A DNA stretch of 64,000 nt from the human T2T-CHM13v2.0 reference genome, Homo sapiens: assembly GCF_009914755.1 (NCBI RefSeq), contig NC_060935.1. The stretch is one strand, 5' to 3'. Both the position numbers and the translations under genes were made by a program. Positions 1 to 24,787 of the stretch are shown in pieces. The notes below the pieces were generated by a model, which was not told the origin of the DNA, made no database searches, and saw only the letters and a program-made list of their open reading frames with translations. How positions within the stretch are numbered: the stretch's first letter is position 1; the number at the start of each line of letters is the position of its first letter.

Positions 1-175
1 ACATTATCTCAAAGCCTCTGTTTCCTTACATGGAAAATGAGGGCTAACTTGGAGGATTTTTATAAAAGGGGTACTTATCTGAAAAATATCAGCATATTCT
101 TCCCTTAGAAGGTTTTCTATAATTACAGCACGATGGGCTCAGGCAGCAGCCACGGTTCTTCATGTTTTTGTCTAG

Positions 176-275
176 GCTCCAACCCAGCAGCTGCCATCAG
201 GTGTTCATGTCAGGGCTGTGGTACAATTCCACCTGGCTACAGCTTCATGGCACATCCTTGAGAGATGCAAAACAG
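176..275 (+). other. Candidate + strand exon (probably an AAMDC alternative isoform)
   Basis: tttttgtctag|GCT...ACAG|gtaagc; 100 nt, open: APTQQLPSGVHVRAVVQFHLATASWHILERCKT; AAMDC is the known convergent neighbour of INTS4. Confidence 0.5.
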
Positions 276-1307
276 GTAAGCACACTAGAAAAGTCAGCTC
301 CCTGGAGTTAATCATTCTTCCCCTAGTCCCTCTTTCGCACTCATGACCTCGTGGAAATAGACTGCCTGGAAATAGACTGCCAGATCTGTCATTTCCTAAT
401 TGTGTGACCTAGGACAGGTTACTTATTTCTCTCAACTTCAGCTGCCTTGTTTATAAAATGAAGATAACAGTACCTAGAGAGTTAATTAATTAATGTAAAG
501 AGCTTACAACACTGCCAGGTACACCCAAGTACCTTAAACCAAAAGTTAAAACATGCTTGAATTTAAATTCCAGCTCCACCTCTGAGTAATTGTATTATCT
601 TGCTATTATTTTTATAAGCTTGCCAAGTGTCAAATATGATCAAGACTGGCTGCAGGTTCAGATTCTACCAATTGTTATTTAATCCATCCTACTCAACCAC
701 TGTTGAGGTCCAATTATCTTCGTTTCACAGATGAGGAAACTGAGGCAGAGAGAGCTGAAGATTTGAAGGCTTTTTCCCATATACTTCCCCTGAGGTGGTA
801 TAGCTTAGACCTTTGGGATCTTCTTGGATTTGAATGAATACAGGCTTTATTACTTACTGTACAGTAATAGCCTCATTTGGCTATTGTGAAGATTAAATGA
901 CAGGTAAAGTACATAGCACAGGCAGTACCAAAGGTTAACCTCTCTGGAGCACTGACTGTTATATCACACTTGCAATTTTTTTTTTTTAAACAGAGATGGG
1001 GTCTCGCTATGTTGCCCAGGCTGGTCTTGAACTCCTGGGCTCAAGAAATCCTCCTGCCTCCTATAATCCCAAAGTCCTGGGATTATAGGCATGAGCCACA
1101 GCCCCCAGCCCCATGCCTAAAACTTTTAACTCACATGCAGCATCAACTCATCAGAGATGCTGCAGTAAATTACTTTATTTCTTGCACTGGACCCCTGTTT
1201 CCCATAATCTTGATTTCTTTTGTAAAATATAGCTCTTCTATATTATTTATTTAAAGCCATAGAGGTCCTAAGAATAATGGCAGGCAAGATCAAGAATTTC
1301 CTTCAAA

Positions 1308-1608
<301 letters not shown>

Positions 1609-1944
1609 TCAAAGATGAAAATGATTCATTCTCCAGCTATTCAGTCCTTGGCCCAGCTACTGCCTGCATTAGGGAAGAGGCTTCTTAGCAAGGTTAACAC
1701 ATGTTTAAGGTCCTTCAGCAACTGTCAATGGTAAAAAAAAAAAGTACAGCTGTTAAAGCGGCCTTGGAGTTGCCCTGACAAACACACCGTCACTTTAAGA
1801 AATAAGACTATAGCTCAAATAACCAGTTATCAGGAGGTAACTGGATCTTTGTGTTTCACACCTGAGGAATAGCATGTAAGCACGTAGTATAAAAGCTGAA
1901 GCTATAGCCACACGCATTTCTTTACAGACCAGGAACTAGAACAG

Positions 1945-2174
1945 CTTGGTGTTTTCTCAACTTTATTGTGGACAGGAGAAGGGTAAGTAGACTTGAAGGT
2001 TTTTTATTTTTTAATGAAGAAACAATTTATCCTGTGTTTGATACCAGATGAGACTGTAAGGGTCACATACTCCTTAAGCCTACACATCAATTCCAGGTGA
2101 AGTGCTTCAGGCTTGGCTCATTCTGACACCTAAGAAGGGCCCTCTAGGCCACGGTTGGGAAGACTGTTTTTGCC
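1945..2174 (-). terminator. INTS4: INTS4 3' UTR with polyadenylation signals
   Basis: Minus-strand AATAAA at 2008-2003 and at 1967-1962; cleavage position approximate. Confidence 0.75.
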
Positions 2175-2353
2175 TTAGCGCCGTGCAGGTTTGGGCATTA
2201 TATAAACTTTTACAGGCTTGCTGAAGGGAATGGTGCCCTCGATGCTGGTTTCCACCTGTGGTGACATCTCACCACCCTCCATCCAGGGGCATTTTGGAAT
2301 GCGAGCACTGGAGTTGTAGGCCAGCAGCAGCCTCACTTCCACCTGGCATGCCT
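2175..2353 (-). CDS. INTS4: INTS4 last coding exon (probable exon 23) with TAA stop
   Basis: tttcag|AG...; ACQVEVRLLLAYNSSARIPKCPWMEGGEMSPQVETSIEGTIPFSKPVKVYIMPKPARR*; stop at 2177-2175. Confidence 0.96.
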
Positions 2354-3914
2354 CTGAAAAAAAGATAAAAGAAATCCTCTATAACTAGGCAACTGCTAGG
2401 AATGAGGATGAAATGTGAAGTTAAAGAAATATCAAAATGGAAGCAGTAGGGAGAAATTTCTTCATCCGTCTACATTCCCTCCCCTTACCCTCACCAAACA
2501 AAACACTGAGCCTGCAGATGTGATGCTGTTCCATCACCTTCCCCTTGGGCTCACTGTGGCACAGAGCCAAAGCTGCTGAGGCAACTGGAGAGCAAGCTAA
2601 AAACCCTTCCAGGAAGATAATTGCTTCATGATCTGCTTTATGAACTGGGCTCAAATTCTTATGCAGGTGTGGATTTGGGCAGTTTCAGAAGGTGCATGTG
2701 GCTTATTCTGATACCCAGTTGGGCTCTTCCTGCGCAGTTCCATCTCAAGCCTCAGGGCTGCATGTACCACAGACTACTTTATTAGTGGAGAGGAAGCCTT
2801 TGAATAGGAAGTGGTTCGCCAAAAAGTTTCTGGCCAATGAACAGGAACATGTCTCAGGGACCTAAAATGTCTGAAAACATCTCATTCTTTCATTACATTA
2901 TCTTACGATATAATCATCTAGTGTCTCTATGTGGCAGGTCCTAGCAAGAATAATTAAGAACTCCCCTCAAGTTGCCTGCTGTTTGGTTGAGGAAACAGAT
3001 AGTTGCAATGGAGTACAACACACGCTCTAACCAAGCCTGCAAGAAGTACTGAGGAGGAGCGCAGGAAGGCTTTGGAATAGAATATCCATTCTATGCCAAA
3101 CAGTTAACCCCAAGAGTTCTTATCCTGCTACATTATGAAAGAAAGACTGTCACAATCTTGGCAAAAATCCCAAGAATCAGATAGGTTCTCAGAGACTCCC
3201 CAGATGCACACCTGGGTAAGAATTTGAGCCCAGTTCATAAACTGAAGCAGTTACTCATTCTATTAACCACAAGCTTCTATAAAGAAGAGGGAGAGAATTT
3301 CAGAAAAATGTAAGGGCAAGTGCAAAGGCCAGGAATGGAGTGAGCTTGGGATGTCTCCTTAATTTGGTGCAACCAGAGCAAAAAGTGTAAGTTGAAGATG
3401 ATCCCAAGGCTAAGAAGTTCAGAGGGTAGGAATGAAGGCTAGATGGATCTAAATTAACAAGGGCAGAGACTCCAGGACTTCTCAGTGCCTCCCCAGACCT
3501 CTTCCTGGTTACATCCAAGCTTCTCTCTATGGGTCAGAGTAGAGACTGGATTGCTGTCCTCCAGGAAGGGAAAGGTTTGCAGTCAGCCCAAGGCCAGAGC
3601 AATCCAGTGCACCTCAGATTTCAGCATGAGATCTAAGTGCAGCCTCATCATCAAGTACCAGCCATGTGATAAGCACACACTCACATGACAACATGAGGGT
3701 CATGCAGCAGCCATGAGTGTAACTGTCATGAAACTAACACTGTTCTCTGATACCAGGCTCCAGATGAATCTCCCACTTAGGGTGGAATCAAAATAGGTAC
3801 CTATATCTGCTTTCCTGCCACACTCTCCCATTCCATCCCAAGTGGCAGACCACAACCACAGCCCCAGTTGGCATAGCACTTTCAAGAAGCCAAATCCTGG
3901 TAAGAGCTGGATAA

Positions 3915-6330
<2,416 letters not shown>

Positions 6331-7061
6331 GCCTTATAATTATGTGTTTAAAAACACAGAGTGAAAGAAAATTCCAAAAGGCATTCCCTATCTCTAAAAT
6401 AAACCAAATTTGGTGGCATTAAACACCTCCAGTAACAGTGCTCCTGAACCATCTCCAATTATTTGGGAAACACCACTGAGGCCAATTCTGCCCCCTATTC
6501 TAGGTTCTGCAGACTGAGGTCTTCTTAAGTTTTTTAAAGCAGGCTTACAGGCTTGAAATGTAATCTCCTTTGTACTTGTATTCTCCCATTTTATCCTCAC
6601 AATTCAGACATAAGTTGGCAAATGAAAAAAAATATTTTTAAAAATCCTCACAACTAATTTGTAGGTTGAGAATTATTATTGTCATTTGGAAGATAAGGAA
6701 AAAGACTCAGAAAGGGAGAGACTTGTCTAAGGTGACCAAGCAAGTCGGTGGCAGTTAGGATAAGAATAATCTCCTGGTGTCCAGACCAGGGCCCTTTCCA
6801 TGAGACTCCATTCTATCATAATCGCCTGTATATCTTCCAACAGAATCTTATCTCTCATGCAATCAAAGCACTGTAGCAAATTAGCCCAAATATACCCAGT
6901 TTTTTACCCACTTAATGAGTGCTTATAAACTCATTAAGTTCAATTCTTACAAGGCCTGATTCATCCATGTATTTTTTTCAAACTTTAAAAACCAAACGCT
7001 TAAGGGTAGGTGTGATCTCCAGCAGCATATTTCCCTTCCCACCCTGGTCCTGACTCCTTAC

Positions 7062-7182
7062 CTGTCCAAGCGGTGTGGGAGAGATAAACCTGAGTGATGA
7101 GCCGGTGCCGCCCTGGGCCAGGATTCCGGAAGTCTGCAGGCTTGGGGTGAATCATCTGAGCCTGGCCATCTGGATATAAGAC
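7062..7182 (-). CDS. INTS4: INTS4 coding exon (probable exon 22)
   Basis: tttag|GTC...ACAG|gtaagg; 121 nt; VLYPDGQAQMIHPKPADFRNPGPGRHRLITQVYLSHTAWT(E). Confidence 0.95.
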
Positions 7183-7979
7183 CTAAAGGGTGACAGAAAT
7201 GAGAAAAAGGCAGAAGCGAGAGGAGCATTTAACAAAATGGATGATGACATCTGTTGTGAACCTCAAAACACAAGAAGAAACATGACACCAACTTTACTAA
7301 GATTGAGCCTTGGGGGTAGGTCAACACTGTAGACATCTCTATTCCCCTAATCCAGCATGAAGCAGTGTTCAGTAAACATTTCCTGAATTCATGGTGAATA
7401 AGTAATATGAACAGAGTGTCTCTATTAAGCGCAAAGACAGGTAAGAATATTAATTCTTATTATGAAAAGTGTTCTCAGGCACCTTCACCAGAAGAGCACT
7501 CCCTCCCTGGCTCTGAATCATACCATGGCCCAGCATCCATCACCAACCACCAGTATTTGGAGTTATTTTGTAATTGCATTCTTTCCACTACATTGCAAGC
7601 AGCTAGGAAGTCATTTATCTCTCTCTCTACGGAGAGACGGCTCAATGAAGAGTCCACTCAAATCACTGGCCAGTTCTTTAAGGCTCATAAACTGCAACAG
7701 AGTTCTTTCCTCAGCATCCTGGGGGACCTCCCAGCTCCCTGTGTAGACAGCCTACTATACTGCAGCGCACAAAGGAACTAGAGGAACAAATGAAGCTTAT
7801 CCTAGGACTAGGACCTGCTCTATGTAAATATACTTATGAAGGCAGAGTAGGGAACCACACAGGTCTTCCAATGTTGAAACTGTGGTCAATGTTGAAACTG
7901 CGGAAGGCATGTCTCACCCACTTGCCCTATAATCCTTCATCTCTCCTCAGGTCATGGGGCCTCCCCCTGATTCTACACT

Positions 7980-9452
<1,473 letters not shown>

Positions 9453-9657
9453 TTCCCAGCATTCTCAGCAAAACTGTCCTTGGTGAAAGGCCTTCACTCC
9501 TCTGTGAAATGGTTGCTGGAAGCCTTCTTTCATTTGTCTACTCCAAAAGTGGAGCTTAGAAACCTGTGGCCCAAGTAGGTCAGAGGAAGGAAATGGCCAG
9601 TATGAATGATCATCAGGTAGAATACAGTAACCTAGATTAGGCTTACAAGAGTTAATA

Positions 9658-12796
<3,139 letters not shown>

Positions 12797-13041
12797 TGTT
12801 AATGAATGGAGTTCTGCAGGGTTTGCTTTAAAGAACAGATCTACAGTATTTTAATGGGGAATGTAATCTCAGTGTCATCTCTGAGGCATGTTTACTGCTA
12901 TATCTCTATTGAGCACCTGAAGTAGTGCCTGGAACAGAGGAATGACTCCGGGTGTGGTGACAGGACTGGATGGCACTTTCAAACCACTGGACCTGTCCCA
13001 CGATGGGGCAGTGAGTTTCCTGTCCCTCTACCTATAAGGTA

Positions 13042-13804
13042 TCTAAAAGGTTTAGCCTTGCGTGTGGTAGAGGTGCTATGAAGGGGGTTTTTTAGGAGAC
13101 AGTCTAGGAGATGACCCTTAAGTAACCTGCCTACAATCTCCTTTACGCTCAGGTGATCAGTGAAGTTTTTTTCAGGGACAATGTAAAACAGTAGTTCTGC
13201 TAGTATCACTGACTACGTATTAGAATCACCTATGAACTCTTAAACACTAGTGTCCATAGGCCCTATTCTCAGGATTTTGATTTAATTAATGTAGGCTGAC
13301 ACCTATTCATCTGTTCTTCTTAATGCTTTCTGAGTAATCCTAAAGTGCAGTGAAGGTGGACAACCACTAATGTGGAAAAAAACAAACAAACAAACAAAAC
13401 ACTCCAATATGCAATACAACTTCACAGCTAGCTCAGAACTAGTTCTCTGCAGGTCTCATAATTTTTAATAATTCCTGCTTGGAAGCCAGAAGGCCTGTTC
13501 CTCTATTGTCACCATAGCCAAAAAGCATAATCTTCAAGGCCTGATTCATCCTTACCTCCTCCAGGAAGTCTTCTCTGCCTGTTCCAGCCTATTTTTCTGT
13601 CCCCTTATTGTACTTCCTGCCAGTGCTTGCATCCCTGCTTTGACTCATATCCCTTTGGCCCTTCTCTCATATCCCTTGTGCCCTTCTCCTTTCCTTTCCT
13701 GAGCCTCCACCACACTCCAAATTGAATACTCTAAAAGGTTTAGCCCTGCATGTGGTAGAGGTGCTTTGAAAGGGTTTTTTAGGAGACAGTCTAGGAGATG
13801 ACCC
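13042..13804 (+). repeat. About 75-bp dispersed direct duplication
   Basis: 13042-13117 vs 13730-13804: tctaaaaggtttagcc...aggagacagtctaggagatgaccc. Confidence 0.93.
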
Positions 13805-14548
13805 ATCCTGTGCATGTCTACTCACCAAACCCTGTTTTATAATTGCCTGCCCATTTGTATGTCTCTCAATGAAACTGTGCACACCCCGAGAGGAAGAACT
13901 GTGACATATTTACCTTGGCAACCACAGCACTTAGTGCATGCAATAGAGTAAACACGATTGCACAGATGGATGGAAGGAAGGATGAATGAGTGGACAGATG
14001 GATGAATGAAGTAGTAGTACTCTTTGTGGGGCTTAATTGCACTGTCTGAATTGATTAGTGTCTCTACTACATTTCTCATGTGTCTCTATTACATCTATGT
14101 AACTTGGGAAAGAATATTTCCTAGTAATTGCTTTTTCCCAACCATAAATTTTATCTGCCAGCCGACTGACTCATAGCCTGAAAGGAACTTGTTTATTACA
14201 GTTTTCTGTAACAAAAGACCAAATCTTAACGTCACATTACAAGATTAGAAAAGGTCTTATCATTTAGTGAACCCTTACTGGGTCCTGGGGGCTTTAAATA
14301 CATTATCTCTTTATGTCAACTCCTCCTATTTGTCAGTTGTAGAATCTGAGACTCAGAGTTTAAAGTAACTTGCTCCAAACCACACTCAGCAGTAGTTGAG
14401 ATTCAAGCCTAGGTTCTTTCCCACAGAGGCTCATTTCTTCTCCTGTCCCAGTTTCTGTCCCTCAAGTAGAGACTACAGGGGTGCTAACATTAAATACTTC
14501 AACACAATGTCAGTCTAGAAGCTCCATGAGGACCCAAACCCGACAGAC

Positions 14549-14692
14549 CTGGACCTTAACAGTGTTCTGAGGATCCTGCACATGCTCCAGGGTTGCATCA
14601 ACATCCAGGGCAACCACCAACCCAGAGGTAAACCGCAAAGGGTTGTCTGACTCGCCCGCTGGCTCGATGATGGTGGCTGAGGCTTTGTGGAT
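14549..14692 (-). CDS. INTS4: INTS4 coding exon (probable exon 21)
   Basis: ttacag|ATC...CAG|gtctgt; 144 nt; IHKASATIIEPAGESDNPLRFTSGLVVALDVDATLEHVQDPQNTVKVQ. Confidence 0.94.
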
Positions 14693-14910
14693 CTGTAAGC
14701 AAGAGGAAAATCCTATGATTTTAAAGCCAGGTCATTCCTGGATGAGAAAACGCATCTTTTTTCTGTCTCCTTATCTAATGAGTGGGCATGTGGGAGCCAC
14801 TCAGAGGAACAGCCTAGCCCAGCTGCTCCACTGGTCAAAGAAGATCACCAAGGTAAAGATTTTTGACCGTCTGGACAGATTTGGCCTACAGGGGCCAAAT
14901 AGACCCTGAC

Positions 14911-15070
14911 CTGCTCTGGAAGCGGGAGATGCAGAAAGGCACTCTGTCGCAGCATGGTCTGTAGAATTTTGACCACTTCTGCAGGTTTGGATGTCATGAG
15001 TCGGGGCATAAGGTCAAGGAGTTTGTCCACAAAGCTGTCCTGCAAGTGGGGCAAATCAGCGATGAAATAC
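14911..15070 (-). CDS. INTS4: INTS4 coding exon (probable exon 20)
   Basis: ctccag|G...CAG|gtcagg; 160 nt; YFIADLPHLQDSFVDKLLDLMPRLMTSKPAEVVKILQTMLRQSAFLHLPLPEQ. Confidence 0.95.
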
Positions 15071-15807
15071 CTGGAGGAACAAACAGAAGCAACTGACTCA
15101 TTCAACTGTGCACTCATTCACCACAGGCTGGGCCCCAGACACCTATCAAACCCTGAAGTAGGAAGAATGATGAAGTGAGAGGAGCTTGCAGTTTACGACC
15201 AAGATAGACTGGTACCTATACAATCATGCCTCAGTCACATGATCATCAGAAAGGCTTCTGTTTATTGATAACCATTATGTGCCAGGCATACTCTTAAGTG
15301 TTTTACATGATCTTATTTAACTTCCAGCAATCCTATGCATCATTAGAATTTTTATTTTCGTATTATAGATTCATTAATTATTTTAACAAATACATTTTTA
15401 AGACCTACGAAGCGCCAAGCACTATTTTAGGTTCTGGAAACACAGTGAACGGAAGAGAAAAAAACGATTGCTTCAATGGAGCTTACATTCAAGTGGCAGA
15501 AACACTGAGACTCAGAGGGGATGATGCCTCACTGAGGCTCAGAAAAGTTAAGTACGTTACTCCTGGCTCAGACTGATCCAATTTTGTGCCTTGTGCCAGT
15601 GGATAGTCAAAAAATATCTCACTGAGGAGGTGATATCTGTGCAGGAACTCAAAGGATGAATTAAGAACATCAGATGAAGAACTTTGGGGATTCAGAGCTC
15701 TCATCTTCCCAAAAATCTTTTCAACCCAACTGTGCAAAAACAGACTCTCTACTTTAAAGAAACTAAAGCAAAAGTAAGGCATGAACTTATTTCAGATTCA
15801 AAACTAG

Positions 15808-17202
<1,395 letters not shown>

Positions 17203-17527
17203 CTAATGATTTTTTTCAACAAACGTATTTACACGTTTTCTTCATATTACTTGTCTTTTTATGGCCTAGCTGAGTGCTAAATGCAAGTGATTCCTGGTAG
17301 GTTTAGTTTTGAAGCTCCAACTTCAAAGAAGTTTCTATAACATTAAGGAAAAAAACCAAATTAGGTTCTTTTTTTCCTAATTTAAGGTTAACGACATGGC
17401 CACAGATGATAGCTTGGCTGCACAAGCTAAACCAAGGAATGTGATTTGTGATTGTTCCTATTGCCTGCAAGTGCTATACTCCATGTAACCAAGATTTAAT
17501 AAGCCAGAAGAGTTATAAAATACTTAC

Positions 17528-17587
17528 CTCTGAAAAAAGTCTACTTCCTGTAAAAATTTTTCACACATCCCAAATAAGGGGTCAAGT
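17528..17587 (-). CDS. INTS4: INTS4 coding exon (probable exon 19)
   Basis: ctacag|A...CAGAG|gtaagt; 60 nt; LDPLFGMCEKFLQEVDFFQ(R). Confidence 0.94.
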
Positions 17588-19604
17588 CTGTAGAAAAGAA
17601 ATGTAAAATAATTTGCTTGTGAAATCTGCAAACTGAGGAGGACCAAAAGTCCCAGAAACCTGAGCCTAAATTAAAGGAAAATTAGCATATTACACTATAA
17701 AAATGATCTCTAAAAGTAACAGAAGACTCCTAATGGACCTGGGGGAAACACCTGTCGGGATCCCAAGACCTGATTAAACCACTGCAGTGCCCATTAAGCT
17801 CAAAGAATATTAAAAATCAAAGAGTATCACAGGCTACACTTGGCACTAGACTCACTACGAATACAGGAGAGAAGCATAGCATGTGGGCAGTACAGTGTCA
17901 AGTTCCCCTTCTGCAGGAGTCCTTGCTTCATTAGCATCTCAGCTAGTATGGTCTCTATACCTACCTGATTTAGATCTCATCTCCTTGCACATGAGCTGTC
18001 AGCATTGGGATGAAAGCTCCCAGATAGCTGTGTGGACTGCTGCAAGATCTATCCAGTTTCAAGAATCACTGCACTCAATGAAGCCTACAGCCATTGTATC
18101 GGCATCTGGAAACTAGTTCATTTATATTTCCTTCTGGTCTACATGCAATTTACTCAGAGATCATTTTTTCCATAGCGGTATAGCCTACTAATGTAGTTGA
18201 TACTGTAAGGGCTCCAAGAAACATACCTAAAAAGTTAACTAAATTCCTGTGCAAGAGGGGAAAAGGTTTTGTTACTATTTTGGCGACAGACATAGATGGT
18301 GTTCCTTCCTCTCTATCTTGAATTACTTGGCCTCACAGTACTTGAGAACATTTCATTTCACTAAAAAGTTATTGCATACCTAAATAATCCAGGCAACATG
18401 CTAGGTCAGTATGACTTACTAAGTTTTGACCTTTGCATATTTTCTTCCTATTTCTTGTATGTAATTTCTGCATGAAATTTCCCACTTGTTTTCTTTAATA
18501 TATTATTCATTGGAGGAATAAAGTTCCCACCAAGATAAAACAAATACTCTTTCCTTATGTAAAAATATTTAAGAGAATGATGTCAAGGTTTAGTCTTTTT
18601 ATTAAAATATAGTCTCCATGAGTAGACTTTGTATTCTTCATCATATATTTCCTAGCACAGGCAGCAGTCAATAAGTATTTGCTGAATGAACAAAAAATGG
18701 GGCCGGGGGTAGATGGCAAATGGAAACCTACTCTGGAAGCAACATTCATTCTAATTCTTTTCCTGAAAAAAAAAAAAAAAAAAAAAAAAAAAGTAGCACT
18801 TGAAAGTTTTTAAACTAATCTTCTACCAGAAATGGAAGTGAAATTTCATAGTGAGGTTACCCACCAAACACCACAAGGAGTGAGAGGGCTAGAAGGGAGA
18901 ATTCCAGCCAAGCAAGGGCACAAAGGAAAGCAATTTGGCCAAGCAGTGACATTTCCTCATTTGTTTGCCTGATTATATAGAGAATCATCTTGGAGAGACT
19001 CCAGGAAGTAAAATACAAAAAGATTTGGGAACTCTCCCCAAACGTCAAAAAAGAGCAGGCATCCTCATCAACAGGCCATATACATGAAGTAGGCCTCTAA
19101 GAACTCCTACTTTTCCTTTGGTGTGAGGGAAGGAAAGCTATGAAAGTGAGGCTCACTCGGGGGCTAACAATCATTAAAGAATACAAATTACCAATTTAAA
19201 CTAGTCTAGACTTTCATTGTAAGTAGGCAAAGACAATGGAAAATGACTAGGTGTTATAAACGACAATCAGGAGCTGTAAAGGAGACCAAGCAGTCCTCAA
19301 AAAGAGTTAAGTCAAGGCAAGAAAGCACAGAAAACTTTTTTAAAAATTCTAATCAACAACCTCGGTGAGAGTTAACAGGGGATTTAAAAGGATATTACAT
19401 TGACAAAGCAAGAGAAACTGCTACAGAAACAGCAGATGACAAGAAGAGAAACTATACAGAAAAAAAAGGAAAAAAATAGTAGAGAAGCACACTTGGAAAT
19501 AAAACACATAATAATGAAATCAAACTCAACGGTTCAGAACAGTGGAATCAACAACAATGTAAACTGAAATGATAAACTAAAAAAAGCATATTAAAGAATT
19601 TACT

Positions 19605-23635
<4,031 letters not shown>

Positions 23636-23806
23636 CATATGAATATCTTTAAGATTAAATGATTCTTTGACTTTATGAGGTCACTATCAAGATACGTGAA
23701 GAAATAAAATATTTTATTTTTCAGGATGTTATTTCTGACCTAGTATGTTTCTGTGTTTAAGCATTCATATTTATATCTCTATGGCACTTTTTTTTTTTTG
23801 ACACAG

Positions 23807-24005
23807 GAGCTGGACTGAGCATCAAACATGTCTGTGAGCTGGCAATGAGTCACCTAAGTACTTTTTTGTATCAAATCTATGATGCCATCATTCTTAAGAT
23901 GCACCTTTATTTTATGAAATAGTAAGAAACAAAAAACACTATGGGACACCATCAAAATATCTGATTTCAGAGAAGTTACAATAATAAAAAATGTGTATCT
24001 TGGAA
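23807..24005 (+). other. Candidate + strand terminal exon, antisense within an INTS4 intron
   Basis: T-run acceptor acacag|GAGC; phase-1 frame (G)AGLSIKHVCELAMSHLSTFLYQIYDAIILKMHLYFMK* (TAG 23920-23922); AATAAA at 23983-23988. Confidence 0.45.
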
Positions 24006-24656
24006 TCAATGAAATGTGGCAATTCCAGTTATCTGAAAGTCTTACAGATATAATTACACTGAGCTCTTATTACGTATCAAGTACCATGCTAAGTGTTTTT
24101 ACATGTATTATCTCATTTATTCTTCATAGAAATGCCATGAGGTAGATGCTGTCTTCATTTTCATTTTGTACAGGGAAACAAGGTACAGAAAGGTTCATAA
24201 CCAAACAACTAGTAAGTAGAAAAGACAAGATTTGAACAAAGTAGTCTGACTTCCCAGTACATCCTCTTAATTTATCCTTATTGCCTGAGAAAAAGCTTAT
24301 TAGTCCCTTCAGAACAGAAAAAGTGGTCCCTGGCACTAAATTCTTAAGGAAATCTATCAAGTAGGAGGATACAGAGTGTCCTTATTGCCAGATAAAGTCC
24401 AGTGTTGTGCTATATGTAATGGAGAGTCACCAGAGGGTTTTTAGCAAGGGAGAGACACAATTGGATTTCCAAGGGTCTAATCTGATCCAACAACAGAATT
24501 TGTAATATCTGAAAAAAATGAATAGATCACACATTCCTTAGCTAGTCTTTCCTAAATTTCATTTCACTTATCATTAACTTTCGTGTGATGTCTGAATGCA
24601 TTTGAAGTATCTTTGAAAGGAACATGCCACATATTTTGGCCAACCCCACATCTTAC

Positions 24657-24787
24657 CCTCGTGTAGTTCGTGCTGTTACTATAAGTTGCAAAGCTTTGGC
24701 CTGCAGCCTCATGTGATGTATAATCACCACCTGCTTATTCTCCACACCACTGTACATGAATTCCATTTTGTAGGTCTCTTCCATAAT
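24657..24787 (-). CDS. INTS4: INTS4 coding exon (probable exon 18)
   Basis: tatag|ATT...CGAGG|gtaaga; 131 nt; IMEETYKMEFMYSGVENKQVVIIHHMRLQAKALQLIVTARTTR(G). Confidence 0.95.
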
